Assembly (NCBI GenBank): GCA_963698075.1
Contig: OY969116.1
Span: 606,131-670,130 of the forward strand
Origin: an uncultured Candidatus Berkelbacteria bacterium
GTDB lineage: Bacteria; Patescibacteriota; UBA1384; UBA12157; JAENIV01
Direction: 5' to 3'
Length of the DNA stretch: 64,000 nucleotides
The notes under the pieces were generated by a model, which worked only from the letters and a program-made list of their open reading frames with translations, did no database searches and was not told the DNA's origin. The position numbers and the translations under genes are program-made. Shown one piece after another: positions 19,639 through 29,206 of this stretch. Position 1 is the first letter of the stretch. Every line of letters starts with the position of its first letter.

Positions 19639-20082
19639 TTATGGCCGCCAGAGTTTTTGCTGAGGGTTGTCTTGAACAATTTTATCCTCGACGACTTTAA
19701 AATACTCTTCAGCCGCATCAACTGCGTTCTTGGCTTCAGTCTTAACAACAGAAATCGGCTCGTAATAAACCTTATTTCTTTTGGTCGACATTCTGTTATA
19801 AATTGCCGTTAATGTATTAAATTTTACCCCTAAAACTGATTTGGCAAACTTTACCATTATTTTGTGGTGTCCTTTTCTAGACCCGGTACGATAACCCTTG
19901 GATAGCATTAAAGCTAAAGTGGTCGTGACTAATGAATCATAAGCTAATTTAAAAGCCGAGTCAGCGTCGCCGTCAATGAGTTTTTTAGCAGTTTGGTAAG
20001 TTTTTGCTGCTTTCTTTAAATAGTCGTTAATTTGTCTGAAGTTAACTGGCTGTCTTCTTAGTTTCGAAAAGTCGAAGCTCAT
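19639..20082 (-). CDS. HEPN-domain protein (toxin partner of MNT)
   Basis: 147 aa, helical, candidate Rx4-6H motif in RTGSRKGHH. It overlaps the upstream MNT gene by 41 nt. Confidence 0.55.
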   Translation of the reverse strand: MSFDFSKLRRQPVNFRQINDYLKKAAKTYQTAKKLIDGDADSAFKLAYDSLVTTTLALMLSKGYRTGSRKGHHKIMVKFAKSVLGVKFNTLTAIYNRMSTKRNKVYYEPISVVKTEAKNAVDAAEEYFKVVEDKIVQDNPQQKLWRP

Positions 20083-20689
20083 TTTCCCCTCCCTTGATAA
20101 AAATTAGTTTTCCATTAATCAGGTCATGAATATAAGTGTCTTCGTTTTTTAATTTTTCTTGAAACTCTTTCTCAAGCAATATATCAACATTAATTTCTCG
20201 CCCAAAGCGTTCGCTGAGTCTATCGATTCGATCGCTAATTTCCTCAAAAACTCTGTTATTCTTCTTGGCAATTACAAAGAGATCAATGTCACTCTCATTA
20301 TCAAGATTCCCCTTTGCGTAAGAGCCATAAATAAATGAAATGAGAATATTTTGATTAGGAATTATACAAGATCCCAGCAATTTAGGTATTCCGACAGTTT
20401 TGACAACAATATCTCGTAAAGAATTGTATATCGGGCTGTCTTTATCTAAAGAATAAAACTTGATATTTCCGACTTTCTCTGATTTGAGTACCCCAGCTTT
20501 TTCAAGATTAATGAGTTCTCGCCTAATATTTCCGATCGACACCTTGAGGATTCTTTCAAGCTCTCGCATATAAAAACGTTCCTTTGAACTAAGCATAAAC
20601 TGGACTAATAATTTAACTCGAGTTCGCGAGCGGAAAAAATTTAGTGGATTGGCTTTTTGTTCGTCTTGTTCCATAGCGTTGTAGTCCAT
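20042..20689 (-). CDS. wHTH-fused minimal nucleotidyltransferase (MNT, antitoxin-like)
   Basis: N-terminal ArsR-like wHTH (FYMRELERILKVSIGNIRRELINLEKAGVL). C-terminal nucleotidyltransferase fold GSYAKGNLDNESDIDLFVI (GS..D.D). Confidence 0.65.
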   Translation of the reverse strand: MDYNAMEQDEQKANPLNFFRSRTRVKLLVQFMLSSKERFYMRELERILKVSIGNIRRELINLEKAGVLKSEKVGNIKFYSLDKDSPIYNSLRDIVVKTVGIPKLLGSCIIPNQNILISFIYGSYAKGNLDNESDIDLFVIAKKNNRVFEEISDRIDRLSERFGREINVDILLEKEFQEKLKNEDTYIHDLINGKLIFIKGGENELRLFETKKTAS

Positions 20690-20727
20690 TCTGACTACAA
20701 TTGTAGTCCATTTTGACTACAAAATGC
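20684..20727. promoter_or_regulatory. Tandem 22-bp palindromic operator overlapping the MNT start codon
   Basis: Minus strand: TTGTAGTCAAAATGGACTACAA | TTGTAGTCAGAATGGACTACAA. Each unit is an inverted repeat TTGTAGTC-N6-GACTACAA, and the second unit contains ATG-GAC-TAC-AAC, the start of the MNT gene. Confidence 0.55.
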
Positions 20728-20789
20728 AATATTTCATTTAACCGCTTTCTTCAACTCCTCCACTTTATCCGTCTTCTCCCACGGCAAGT

Positions 20790-21530
20790 CTAAAAATTAC
20801 TCCATAGCGCCTCAAAAACTCTTCTTTCCGTTTCTGCGATATCTTGGGATTCGATAATGACGGTTGAAAGTTCTCTTTCGGAGGTAAAATAAGCCACTTT
20901 GTCGTGATAAATCAATTTATTTGCACTTACTTTAAAATCTGGGGGGAGAAATTTGATCTCTCTTAGTTCTTCTTTAGCGGTCTCCTTTAGGGTTTCGGAA
21001 AACTCATCTTTTAATACTAACTGGCGAAATTTAATCTTGCGCCTGATTCTGATAGGAATATATTTCTTTAAGATATATTTTTCGGAAATAACCTGATTTA
21101 AGATACTAACATCGCCAAAGTACAATACCTCGTGATTTGTACCCTCCAAACTCTCTTCAACGGCTTTCAGATAGCCCTCTTGACCCTTATAAAATCGCGT
21201 TGATGGCTCAAAAACTGCTTTTTTCTCAATGGCCTTGAGCTCTGGCAAAATATCTTTAATTTTGACGCTGATGTTCTCTAGTCTCGACAATAATTCCTCA
21301 GGTTTCCCGAGAGTATAGTGGGTGCCATATTTGGCCTTATATTGGCCCAAAATGCCCCGAAAAACGAGTTTTTCGGCAATAAGATAGATTGTTGTTCTTT
21401 TAATCCCTGTAGATAAGGAGATTTCCCTAACGGTGGCGCTTTTTGACCTCAAAAGAGCCAAATAGATTTTAATCTCATCATCTGTCAGTCCATAATCCGA
21501 CAGGGCTTTTTTGATGCTTATTTCCGCCAT
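20790..21530 (-). CDS. TrmB-family transcriptional regulator (paralog 2)
   Basis: DEIKIYLALLRSKSATVREISLSTGIKRTTIY wHTH. C-terminus IIESQDIAETERRVFEALW is paralogous to TrmB-1, -3 and -4. Confidence 0.7.
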   Translation of the reverse strand: MAEISIKKALSDYGLTDDEIKIYLALLRSKSATVREISLSTGIKRTTIYLIAEKLVFRGILGQYKAKYGTHYTLGKPEELLSRLENISVKIKDILPELKAIEKKAVFEPSTRFYKGQEGYLKAVEESLEGTNHEVLYFGDVSILNQVISEKYILKKYIPIRIRRKIKFRQLVLKDEFSETLKETAKEELREIKFLPPDFKVSANKLIYHDKVAYFTSERELSTVIIESQDIAETERRVFEALWSNF

Positions 21531-21571
21531 TTTTGGTCCCTTATTTTAGACGATATTTCTGACATCTATTT

Positions 21572-21652
21572 GATTATAAACCAGATTCTTACTTTTGTCA
21601 AGCATAAATTATTGTCATATATATTGACATTATATTCACATTGTGCTATAAT
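21572..21652. promoter_or_regulatory. Divergent consensus promoters between TrmB-2 and cassette D
   Basis: Plus strand: TTGACA (21624-21629)-17-TATAAT (21647-21652) with a TG extension. Minus strand: TTGACA-17-TATAAT upstream of TrmB-2. Confidence 0.55.
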
Positions 21653-21694
21653 CATGAGTTATGCGAAGAGAACCTTGACAAGGAGAAAAAGGCA

Positions 21695-22132
21695 ATGAAA
21701 CTCGTTCGGCTCGTTCGTTCGAAGCAGACTTTTCCGCTTCGGAAGAGCCCCTACTCAATTAGTGATTGGGTAGGGAGAATAGCGTCGCCGTACATGTCTT
21801 GCCCCGATGGTACCAGTATCGACAAGCTTGTGTTGTGTCCAGAGACTGGTCAGGCCGCGATTCTCGTGTCGTACGATGGTGAAAAATGTGAGTTGACCTA
21901 TGCCGGGAATACGCCAGAGAGAGCCGACCCCGGCCTAATAGCTTCGGCAAGAATGCCAGACGGTACACCTGTAAAAGGAGCGGGATTCTGTTTGCGGGCA
22001 CCTTGTATCATCTGTAGCCGGCCCAAATCCCGAAGTTGGACTTGGGTTTACCTCTGCGTCGAAGACAAAGAAAGGCGCAAGATACCTCTTCCTGTCCTAT
22101 CGTTTCTCGACGCGATCGGTCCTGGCGTGTGA
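21695..22132 (+). CDS. Cys-rich small protein, member 1 of a tandem paralog pair (GC-rich cassette D)
   Basis: ATG 21695 after AAGGAG. Shared motifs with its neighbour: CPDG..., TYAGNTPER, C..C SRPKSRSWTWVYLCVEDKERRK. Confidence 0.5.
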   Translation: MKLVRLVRSKQTFPLRKSPYSISDWVGRIASPYMSCPDGTSIDKLVLCPETGQAAILVSYDGEKCELTYAGNTPERADPGLIASARMPDGTPVKGAGFCLRAPCIICSRPKSRSWTWVYLCVEDKERRKIPLPVLSFLDAIGPGV

Positions 22133-22158
22133 AACCACAGGAGAAAAGGAGAAAGACG

Positions 22159-22584
22159 ATGAGAAACGGTACTGTGGTGAAGAAGGATAAGTACACTCTG
22201 AAGAGATGGCTGGACACCATCTACAAGAAAAGCACTTGCCCAGATGGGTCACCAATCACTCAATTTCGTCCCTGTGGTGACCATGGACAGGGATCGCTGG
22301 CCACCATCCTGATCAACGCCTGGTGCACAATCAAAGGGGCGATGGACGACCTTCGAGTAGATGTGACCTACGCCGGTAAGGCGCCTGAAAGAATCACGGA
22401 CGAGACAAGCGAGAGCCTCATCGCTGATTCCGTAATGGGTGTCTTCACGGAATTCAGGATGGACGGTAATAGCATAGTCTGTTCCCGGCAAAGGTTTGGT
22501 AACAACAAACCCATTGCTCATCATGTCTATATGTGTTTGACAAGAGATGAGTGGGAAAGACGCCGGGCGGGCATGAAGAGTTAG
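22159..22584 (+). CDS. Cys-rich small protein, member 2 of the tandem paralog pair
   Basis: ATG 22159 after AAAGGAG. CPDGSPI.., TYAGKAPER, CSRQRFGNNKPIAHHVYMCLTRDEWERRR align with member 1. Confidence 0.5.
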   Translation: MRNGTVVKKDKYTLKRWLDTIYKKSTCPDGSPITQFRPCGDHGQGSLATILINAWCTIKGAMDDLRVDVTYAGKAPERITDETSESLIADSVMGVFTEFRMDGNSIVCSRQRFGNNKPIAHHVYMCLTRDEWERRRAGMKS

Positions 22585-22606
22585 CAACCTTCCGAACGCC
22601 TACCGT

Positions 22607-22636
22607 GGGGCGCGCGAAAGCGCGCCCTTTTGTTTT
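22607..22636 (+). terminator. Intrinsic terminator of cassette D
   Basis: GGGGCGCGC-gaaa-GCGCGCCC followed by TTTTGTTTT. Confidence 0.65.
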
Positions 22637-22727
22637 AGCTTATTTCCCAACCGCCTTTTTGAGTTCTCTAATCTATAAATATAATAAAATTCTTGCGGTC
22701 GAAAAGAAATTATTATATCCTTCCTTA

Positions 22728-23915
22728 TTATTTAACAGCGGACTGAAGCTCTTTGACCTTATTATTTTTTTCCCATGGAAGATTAAGGTCCGGTCTCCCA
22801 AAATGTCCGTATGCCGCCACTTGGCGATATAAAGGACGGCGGAGATTGAGTTCTTTGATGATAATCCCCGGTCTTAAATCAAACACCTTTAATATCGCCT
22901 CTTCGATTTTGGATTCATCAACTTTGCCGGTGCCGAAAGTATCCACGCGGACCGACATCGGTTCCGGCCGGCCGATGGCGTAAGCAATCTGAATTTCAAC
23001 GCGGTCGGCAAGTCCGGCGGCAACAACATTCTTCGCCACCCAACGGGCGGCGTAAGAACCCGAGCGGTCAACTTTTGTCGGATCTTTGCCGGAAAAACAG
23101 CCGCCGCCGTGCCGCGCCGTGCCGCCGTAAGTATCAACAATTATTTTTCGTCCCGTTAAACCGGTATCGCCTTGCGGTCCGCCAATCACAAATCGGCCGG
23201 TGGTATTAACAAAATATTTGGTTTTTGCATCTAGATACTTAGCCGGAATCACTTTTTTAATCACCTGCTCAATAATATCTTTTTTCAGTTTTGCCAATTT
23301 GACTTCTGGCTCATGTTGGGCGGCAATGAGAACATTTTCGATCCTCGCTGGCTTATCATCGATATACTCTACCGTCACTTGCGATTTGCCGTCTGGCCGC
23401 AAGCCCTTGATAATTTTTTTCTTCCGGACTTCGGCTAATCGTTGACACAAGCGATGGGCTAAGACAATTGGCATTGGCATTAATTCTGGCGTTTCGCGGC
23501 AGGCAAAGCCAAACATCAAGCCTTGGTCGCCAGCGCCCAAATTTTCCAAATCTTCAGCCACAATTTCACCGGTTTTACCTTTTTCTTTAAATGAATCCAC
23601 CCCGCGGGCAATATCGGACGACTGTTCTTTAATCGCCACCGTCACGCCCGAGGTTTCCCAAGAAAAACCGCAATCACCATCCAAATATCCGATATCCTTG
23701 ATAACACCACGGGCAATTTTGGGAATATCAACATAAGTTTTGGTGGTAATTTCACCAGCAACAAAACAAATGCCGTTGGTGAGCAATGTTTCGCAAGCCA
23801 CCCGGCCGCGCGGATCGTCTTTTAAAATGGCGTCTAAAATGGCATCGGAAATTTGATCCGCCATTTTGTCCGGATGCCCTTCGGTCACTGACTCGGAAGT
23901 AAAAAGTTTTTTCAT
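22728..23915 (-). CDS. metK: S-adenosylmethionine synthetase
   Basis: [29 protein letters not shown]... is the canonical MetK N-terminus. The conserved glycine-rich loops are present. 395 aa. Confidence 0.9.
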   Translation of the reverse strand: MKKLFTSESVTEGHPDKMADQISDAILDAILKDDPRGRVACETLLTNGICFVAGEITTKTYVDIPKIARGVIKDIGYLDGDCGFSWETSGVTVAIKEQSSDIARGVDSFKEKGKTGEIVAEDLENLGAGDQGLMFGFACRETPELMPMPIVLAHRLCQRLAEVRKKKIIKGLRPDGKSQVTVEYIDDKPARIENVLIAAQHEPEVKLAKLKKDIIEQVIKKVIPAKYLDAKTKYFVNTTGRFVIGGPQGDTGLTGRKIIVDTYGGTARHGGGCFSGKDPTKVDRSGSYAARWVAKNVVAAGLADRVEIQIAYAIGRPEPMSVRVDTFGTGKVDESKIEEAILKVFDLRPGIIIKELNLRRPLYRQVAAYGHFGRPDLNLPWEKNNKVKELQSAVK

Positions 23916-24105
23916 AACCTTAGCTTAAATCATTTTTTACATTTTAATTTAACTTGCCCGAAAGTTCGTTGTCAAGGCCGCTTTTTTGCTCCATAGATTT
24001 GGTGCCTAAACTCGCCAACTATGATATAATAAAAATGTGAATTCTTAGGCGCATTACAATCTGAGATTTGCGTTGAATTTTTGAATATGAAGGAGGGTTT
24101 TTTAA

Positions 24106-24142
24106 ATGCAATTTAAAGTTCCCCAAAACATTGATTTGGAAG
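24106..24142 (+). pseudogene. Duplicated 5' fragment of the PrgI-like gene (first 12 codons)
   Basis: atgcaatttaaagttccccaaaacattgatttggaag differs at 6 of 37 nt from the true gene start at 24251. It has its own GAAGGAGG RBS and is out of frame with the real gene. Confidence 0.55.
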
Positions 24143-24250
24143 GCCCCGCAAAATTCCTTTCTGTTTACAGAATTACATTCTGTCACACAGAAGCGTCATC
24201 TGCGGGGCGAGACTCATTAGCATCGAAAACTATTATCAAGGAGGTAGGCG

Positions 24251-24658
24251 ATGCAGTTTAAGGTGCCCCAGAATATAGATTTGGAAGACAAAATTGTTGG
24301 ACCGCTGACTTTAATCCAGTTTTTGTATGTCCTTGGCGGCGGGGTGATTATCTATTTGCTCTATCTTTCTTTAAATATGCGCTTTCTTTTCTGGGTCCTC
24401 GCCATTCCTATTGGCATTATTGCGGCGTCCTTGGCATTTTTAAAAATCCAAGATCAACCTTTGTCGCATTTTATCAAGGCCGGCTTGATTTATTTAAGCC
24501 AGCCCAAGAAACGCCTCTGGCAACGGGCCGGTCTAGTCAAACCCGTGGTTTTTGCTGTCGCCAAAAAAGAAAAGAAAATCATTGCCCCGCCCAAAAGAAA
24601 AATTGAAAAAAGCGAATTAGAACAATTAGCCCAAATGCTGGACACCCGACGGGTGTAA
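24251..24658 (+). CDS. PrgI/VirB3-like small membrane protein of a T4SS
   Basis: 135 aa, two transmembrane helices, basic C-terminus. It lies immediately upstream of the VirB4-like genes, as in Gram-positive and CPR T4SS loci. Confidence 0.5.
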   Translation: MQFKVPQNIDLEDKIVGPLTLIQFLYVLGGGVIIYLLYLSLNMRFLFWVLAIPIGIIAASLAFLKIQDQPLSHFIKAGLIYLSQPKKRLWQRAGLVKPVVFAVAKKEKKIIAPPKRKIEKSELEQLAQMLDTRRV

Positions 24659-24689
24659 TTATTAGAAATTTCCTCCACAGGAGGTATAG

Positions 24690-25430
24690 TTGGCTTTATT
24701 TAGTAAAAATAAAGAAATTGGCTCCACCCAGGATGCTTTACGCTTTGCCGAAATCCGCGATGGCACCGTGGTCTTAAAAGATGGCAATTTGCGCAAAATC
24801 CTGCTTTGTTCTTCGATTAATTTTTCACTCAAAAGCGAACAGGAACAAAATGCCATTATTTTTCAATATCAGAATTTTCTTAATTCCTTAGACTTTCCGA
24901 TTCAGATCCTGATGCAGTCCAAAAAATTGGATCTTTCCAATTATTTAGCCAAACTTGAAGGCCGGGCCGACGAACAAACCAATGAACTCTTAAGATTACA
25001 AACCAACGATTACGTTGAATTTATTAAGCGCCTGATCAATCTGGCCAATATTATGGACAAGCGTTTTTATGTTGTCGTGCCTTACTTGGTGCCGCCAAAA
25101 ATGGCCTCACCCAAGATTTCAATGCCAGGTAGTAATGAAGCGCCACCGCCAATTTTAAGTGAGGAGGAATTTAATCAATATTCTAAGGAAATTGACCAGC
25201 GGATCCAAGTAATCCAATCGGGTCTGGGTTCGATTGGCATCCGTTCGGCCCTTCTTTCGACCCAACAAATTATCGAATTGCTTTACGGTGTTTATAATCC
25301 CGAAGAGGCCAACAAACAAAAAATTGCCTCCGCCGAAGAGCTTCAAGGAGAAGTCGTTGAGTCCGAGGTTTTCCGACCAAAAGAAGCGCCAACTACGAGA
25401 AAGGAGGAAGATGCCAGCGCCCCAGCCTAA
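24690..25430 (+). CDS. VirB4/TraC-like N-terminal domain protein
   Basis: IRDGTVVLKDGNLRKILLCSSINFSLKSEQEQNAII matches the N-terminal motif of Gram-positive VirB4 (PrgJ/TcpF-type). It overlaps the next ORF by 20 nt. Confidence 0.5.
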   Translation: MALFSKNKEIGSTQDALRFAEIRDGTVVLKDGNLRKILLCSSINFSLKSEQEQNAIIFQYQNFLNSLDFPIQILMQSKKLDLSNYLAKLEGRADEQTNELLRLQTNDYVEFIKRLINLANIMDKRFYVVVPYLVPPKMASPKISMPGSNEAPPPILSEEEFNQYSKEIDQRIQVIQSGLGSIGIRSALLSTQQIIELLYGVYNPEEANKQKIASAEELQGEVVESEVFRPKEAPTTRKEEDASAPA

Positions 25431-27303
25431 TCCGGCGCCGCCAGTCAACCAACAACCAGGCAATTTTTGGCAACAACCAGCCAACACCGGCGCTTCAATC
25501 GCCAGTGGGCCGCAAATTCCTGAGTTTTTCCAGGCCGGCATGGCTTCGGTTTTGGACTTAATTGCCCCGGCCGCTTTTAAAATTGAACCCAGTTTTCTCC
25601 AGCTCGGTAACACTTTTGTCCGGAATCTGTTTGTCTTTACCTACCCCCGCTATGTCCAAACCAATTGGCTTTCGCCAATTATCAATTATGATATTACCTT
25701 GGATATTTCGATGTTCATTTATCCCATCGGCACCAAACAGATGATGGGACAGCTCAAGAAAAAGGCCGGACAGTTGGAATCATCTTTAGCTATTGAAAAA
25801 GAAAAGGGCATGGTTCGCAATCCCGAGCTCGAAACCGCGGTCGAAGATATTGAGGGTTTACGTGATGTCTTGCAACGCGGAGAAATGCGCCTTTTCCAAT
25901 ATGCCCTTTATTTTACCATTTATGCCAAATCAATTGACGAGCTTAATACCATCACCGAACAACTCGAATCCACTTTAGGCGGGATGCTCATTTACACCAA
26001 ACAGTCGCTGTTGCAAATGGAGCAGGGATTTAATTCAACTTTGCCTTTGGGCCTTGATGAGTTAAACGTCCGGCGCAATCTCGACACGGCTTCACTTTCG
26101 ACCACCTTTCCCTTCACTTCGGCGACCTTATCTTCCAATGATGGCATTCTTTATGGCCTAAATCGCCACAATAATTCTTTAATTCTTTTCGATCGCTTTG
26201 AGCTGGAAAATGCCAATTCCGTCGTCTTTGCCAAGGCCGGCGCCGGCAAGTCTTACGCCGTCAAACTTGAAGCCTTGCGCTCGCTCATGCTCGGCACTGA
26301 CGTGGTGGTAATTGACCCCGAAAATGAATACCAAGCTCTTTGCGAGGCCGTCGGCGGTTCCTATTTGCGCATGGCTCTGGATTCTGATAAAAGAATCAAT
26401 CCTTTTGATCTGCCGCGACCCGGCCAGCAAGCCACGGCCGGCGCGGCCGGTGAAGATATTTTGCGCTCCAATATCACCATGCTTCATGGTCTTATTTCGC
26501 TGATGCTTAGCGGTCTTTCGCCCGAAGAGGATGCCATTTTAGAAAAGGGTCTTTTTGAAACCTATGCCTTAAAGGATATCACTGCTGACATTGAATCCCA
26601 AAAAAATCAGCCACCGTTACTTAAAGATCTCCAATCTGTCCTACAAAATATGACCGGCGCTGAAACCATGGTTTCCAAACTTTCTAAATATACTGAAGGC
26701 ACTTTTAAGGGGCTTTTTGACCAACCAACGAACTTTGATCTTGGCTCTGGCTTTGTCGTTTTTAGCGTTCGTGATCTTGAGGACCAACTGCGACCAATTG
26801 CGATGTATATGATTTTAAACTATATCTGGCAACGAGTTCGCTTTAACCTCAAGCGCCGAATCATGATCATTGACGAGGCCTGGTGGATGATGCAGCATGA
26901 GGATTCGGCGAAATTTTTATTTTCCCTGGCCAAAAGGGCCCGCAAATACTATTTGGGATTAACAATTATTTCCCAAGACGTCGAGGATTTCCTCGATTCC
27001 AAATATGGCCGGACCGTCGTCAATAACTCTTCCTTGCAGATTCTTTTGAAACAATCAACCTCTTCGATTGATAAAATCGCCCAAACCTTCAATTTGACTG
27101 AGGGTGAAAAATTCTTGCTTTTGGAATGTGAGGTCGGCGAGGGGCTCTTTTTCGCGGGGCTCAATCACGTGGCGATTAAAGTCATTGCTTCCTATACCGA
27201 AGACCAATTAATTACCACTGACCCGCGCGAGCTTCTGGCCAGACAAACTGGTGGCACCACTGAGGCGCCGGGTGCGGAAAATCAACCCGCCGAAGGATTG
27301 TAA
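25411..27303 (+). CDS. VirB4-like T4SS ATPase
   Basis: ATG 25411 after AAAGGAGGAAG. FVRNLFVFTYPRYV motif, Walker A KAGAGKSY, Walker B IMIIDEAWWMM, and a VIDPENEY hexamer-interface-like motif. Confidence 0.75.
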   Translation: MPAPQPNPAPPVNQQPGNFWQQPANTGASIASGPQIPEFFQAGMASVLDLIAPAAFKIEPSFLQLGNTFVRNLFVFTYPRYVQTNWLSPIINYDITLDISMFIYPIGTKQMMGQLKKKAGQLESSLAIEKEKGMVRNPELETAVEDIEGLRDVLQRGEMRLFQYALYFTIYAKSIDELNTITEQLESTLGGMLIYTKQSLLQMEQGFNSTLPLGLDELNVRRNLDTASLSTTFPFTSATLSSNDGILYGLNRHNNSLILFDRFELENANSVVFAKAGAGKSYAVKLEALRSLMLGTDVVVIDPENEYQALCEAVGGSYLRMALDSDKRINPFDLPRPGQQATAGAAGEDILRSNITMLHGLISLMLSGLSPEEDAILEKGLFETYALKDITADIESQKNQPPLLKDLQSVLQNMTGAETMVSKLSKYTEGTFKGLFDQPTNFDLGSGFVVFSVRDLEDQLRPIAMYMILNYIWQRVRFNLKRRIMIIDEAWWMMQHEDSAKFLFSLAKRARKYYLGLTIISQDVEDFLDSKYGRTVVNNSSLQILLKQSTSSIDKIAQTFNLTEGEKFLLLECEVGEGLFFAGLNHVAIKVIASYTEDQLITTDPRELLARQTGGTTEAPGAENQPAEGL

Positions 27304-27314
27304 TTGAGGACTAA

Positions 27315-28559
27315 ATGGCCGAAGAAGAAGATAATGAAGGTTCAACTTTTACCATACCCACCAAAAGCTCGATTTTGAGATTGGGGGCTTTGGTAATTTT
27401 GGCAGTTATCGCCCTTTTTATTATCATCGGTGGCTTCGGAGTAATCGCCTATTTGACTGGTAATATGTTTGGGGGCCAGGGCGGAGGCCAGCTTTCAGGT
27501 TGTACTTCCAGTCAACTATCACAGTCAAGCCTTGATCAAATCCAGGCCAATAAATCTGTTTATCAGGCGGCGGCTGACCGCGCCGATATTCCCTGGGATT
27601 TTTTGGCCGCCATTCACTACCGCGAAACCTCTTTAAGCAGTTCTGATTCTAACCCATTCCAGATTCAAAACAATAAAAATACTGGTTTTTCGGTTGAATC
27701 GGCCACCGAAGCAGCCAATAAAGCTAAGGCTTTAGTTTCCGGCACTTATGATAAGAATCTGACCAAAAATGCTGATGAAGAAACTCTCAAACTGGCTTTC
27801 CTAAGTTACAATCGTGGAGCGATGTATAAACAAAATGGTTGTACCTGGAACCAATCCCCCTACGTCATGAATAATTTTGATGCCTCCCATAAAGACATGA
27901 AGCGGCCCGACAGTGAGTGTGAGCCGCCTGCGACTCGGGGCAAAACTGACGACAAGCTGGGTGCATTTACGGTTTTATCGATTTTGCGCGGCTGTGCCGC
28001 TGGTGGTATCGCTGGTGGTGAGGGCGCTTGCACCTGGTCAAACATTCAAAACGACCCCAAGGGAGCCAATATCGGTTCAGTCGAGGTACCAATTTGGAAA
28101 TACGAAGGCCCCAATCAAAAAACCTCAAGCCAGATGACCCTCAAGGTCAATAACAAATGCGCGACCTCGATCAAGGCGATTTTTACCGACATCTATAACA
28201 GTGCCGATAAACCGCCAATTGACACGGCTAATACCAGTTGTTACCAGCAACGCGACAGCGATTCCCGTCACAATTGGGGAGTTGCCTGTGATATCAGCTT
28301 TAAACAAAACTGGTGTTGGAATTGTTATGCCAAAAAAACTTCTTCGGGCAGCTGCACCGGCGGTAGCCCCATTGGCGACTATTGGAAACCCGGCAATATT
28401 GAGCCTGACCGGACCTATCAAGGTTGGAGCGCGGGCTTAGATAATCGTTCGGCGGCAATCAATGGCTCAATTGCCAATGCCTTCAAAAACCATGGTTGGG
28501 GTCGGGGTATTTACAATTGCTTTAATGACTTTATGCATTTTAGCGTTGATGGTCATTGA
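27315..28559 (+). CDS. Membrane-anchored cell-wall hydrolase with C-terminal M15/LAS-type zinc peptidase motifs
   Basis: N-terminal transmembrane helix. IPWDFLAAIHYRETS (lysozyme/transglycosylase-like). SRHNWGVACDIS (SxHxxGxAxD) and DFMHFSV (DxxH), the zinc ligands of M15 peptidases. Confidence 0.5.
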   Translation: MAEEEDNEGSTFTIPTKSSILRLGALVILAVIALFIIIGGFGVIAYLTGNMFGGQGGGQLSGCTSSQLSQSSLDQIQANKSVYQAAADRADIPWDFLAAIHYRETSLSSSDSNPFQIQNNKNTGFSVESATEAANKAKALVSGTYDKNLTKNADEETLKLAFLSYNRGAMYKQNGCTWNQSPYVMNNFDASHKDMKRPDSECEPPATRGKTDDKLGAFTVLSILRGCAAGGIAGGEGACTWSNIQNDPKGANIGSVEVPIWKYEGPNQKTSSQMTLKVNNKCATSIKAIFTDIYNSADKPPIDTANTSCYQQRDSDSRHNWGVACDISFKQNWCWNCYAKKTSSGSCTGGSPIGDYWKPGNIEPDRTYQGWSAGLDNRSAAINGSIANAFKNHGWGRGIYNCFNDFMHFSVDGH

Positions 28560-28571
28560 GGAAGGAGCGAG

Positions 28572-29162
28572 ATGTTAAATTTCCGCAAAATAGCCTTAAT
28601 TCTAGGGGGGTCACTTTTAGTTGGTGTGGTAATTCTAATCTTAATTAATTATTTTATTTCCGGTACTCTCGAAGTCACCTCCAATCCATCTGGTGCTGCT
28701 ATCACGATCGGCAAGGCAAAATTTAAAGCGCCCGGGAACGCCAAGCTTAAACGCGGCGAATACCAAGTCAGCGCCTTTCTGGAAAACTATCCCCCTCAAA
28801 CAAAAACCGCGACCATCGAAGCCAGGAAAAAAAGTTCCTTATTTTTTGATCTGATTCAGACGGGTTCAACCACGGAAAAGCCCCTAGAATTTTCCGCCGA
28901 TGACCCAGTTTTTGTGACCAAAGAGCATTTTTCAGTCCATTTACCGGCGGCCAGCGACGCGGAAAATTATGACCTCGTGGTCACTCTTTTTGCCACCTTT
29001 AATGCAGGCGTCAATGGCCCACCAATAGAAGAACAGCTCCAGACATACAATGAAGAACTCAAGGCCTACAAAAAAGAAGCCCTGGATTGGCTTAAACAAA
29101 ACAGTGTTGACCCGGCAACTTATCAAGTCAAGTGGATTCCTGAAGAAGCGGCCAGTATTTAA
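28572..29162 (+). CDS. Membrane-anchored PEGA-like domain protein
   Basis: N-terminal transmembrane helix. NPSGAAITIGKAKFKAPG...GEYQV resembles a PEGA beta-sandwich. Confidence 0.4.
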   Translation: MLNFRKIALILGGSLLVGVVILILINYFISGTLEVTSNPSGAAITIGKAKFKAPGNAKLKRGEYQVSAFLENYPPQTKTATIEARKKSSLFFDLIQTGSTTEKPLEFSADDPVFVTKEHFSVHLPAASDAENYDLVVTLFATFNAGVNGPPIEEQLQTYNEELKAYKKEALDWLKQNSVDPATYQVKWIPEEAASI

Positions 29163-29206
29163 TCACAGTAAAATTTTGTATAATATAATTAGCATCAAGG
29201 AGGGGT

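Noticed and set aside
23916-24060. Possible SAM (S-box) riboswitch upstream of metK.
   Set aside because: There is no recognisable S-box consensus or four-way junction, only a TTGACA-18-TAAATT promoter-like element.
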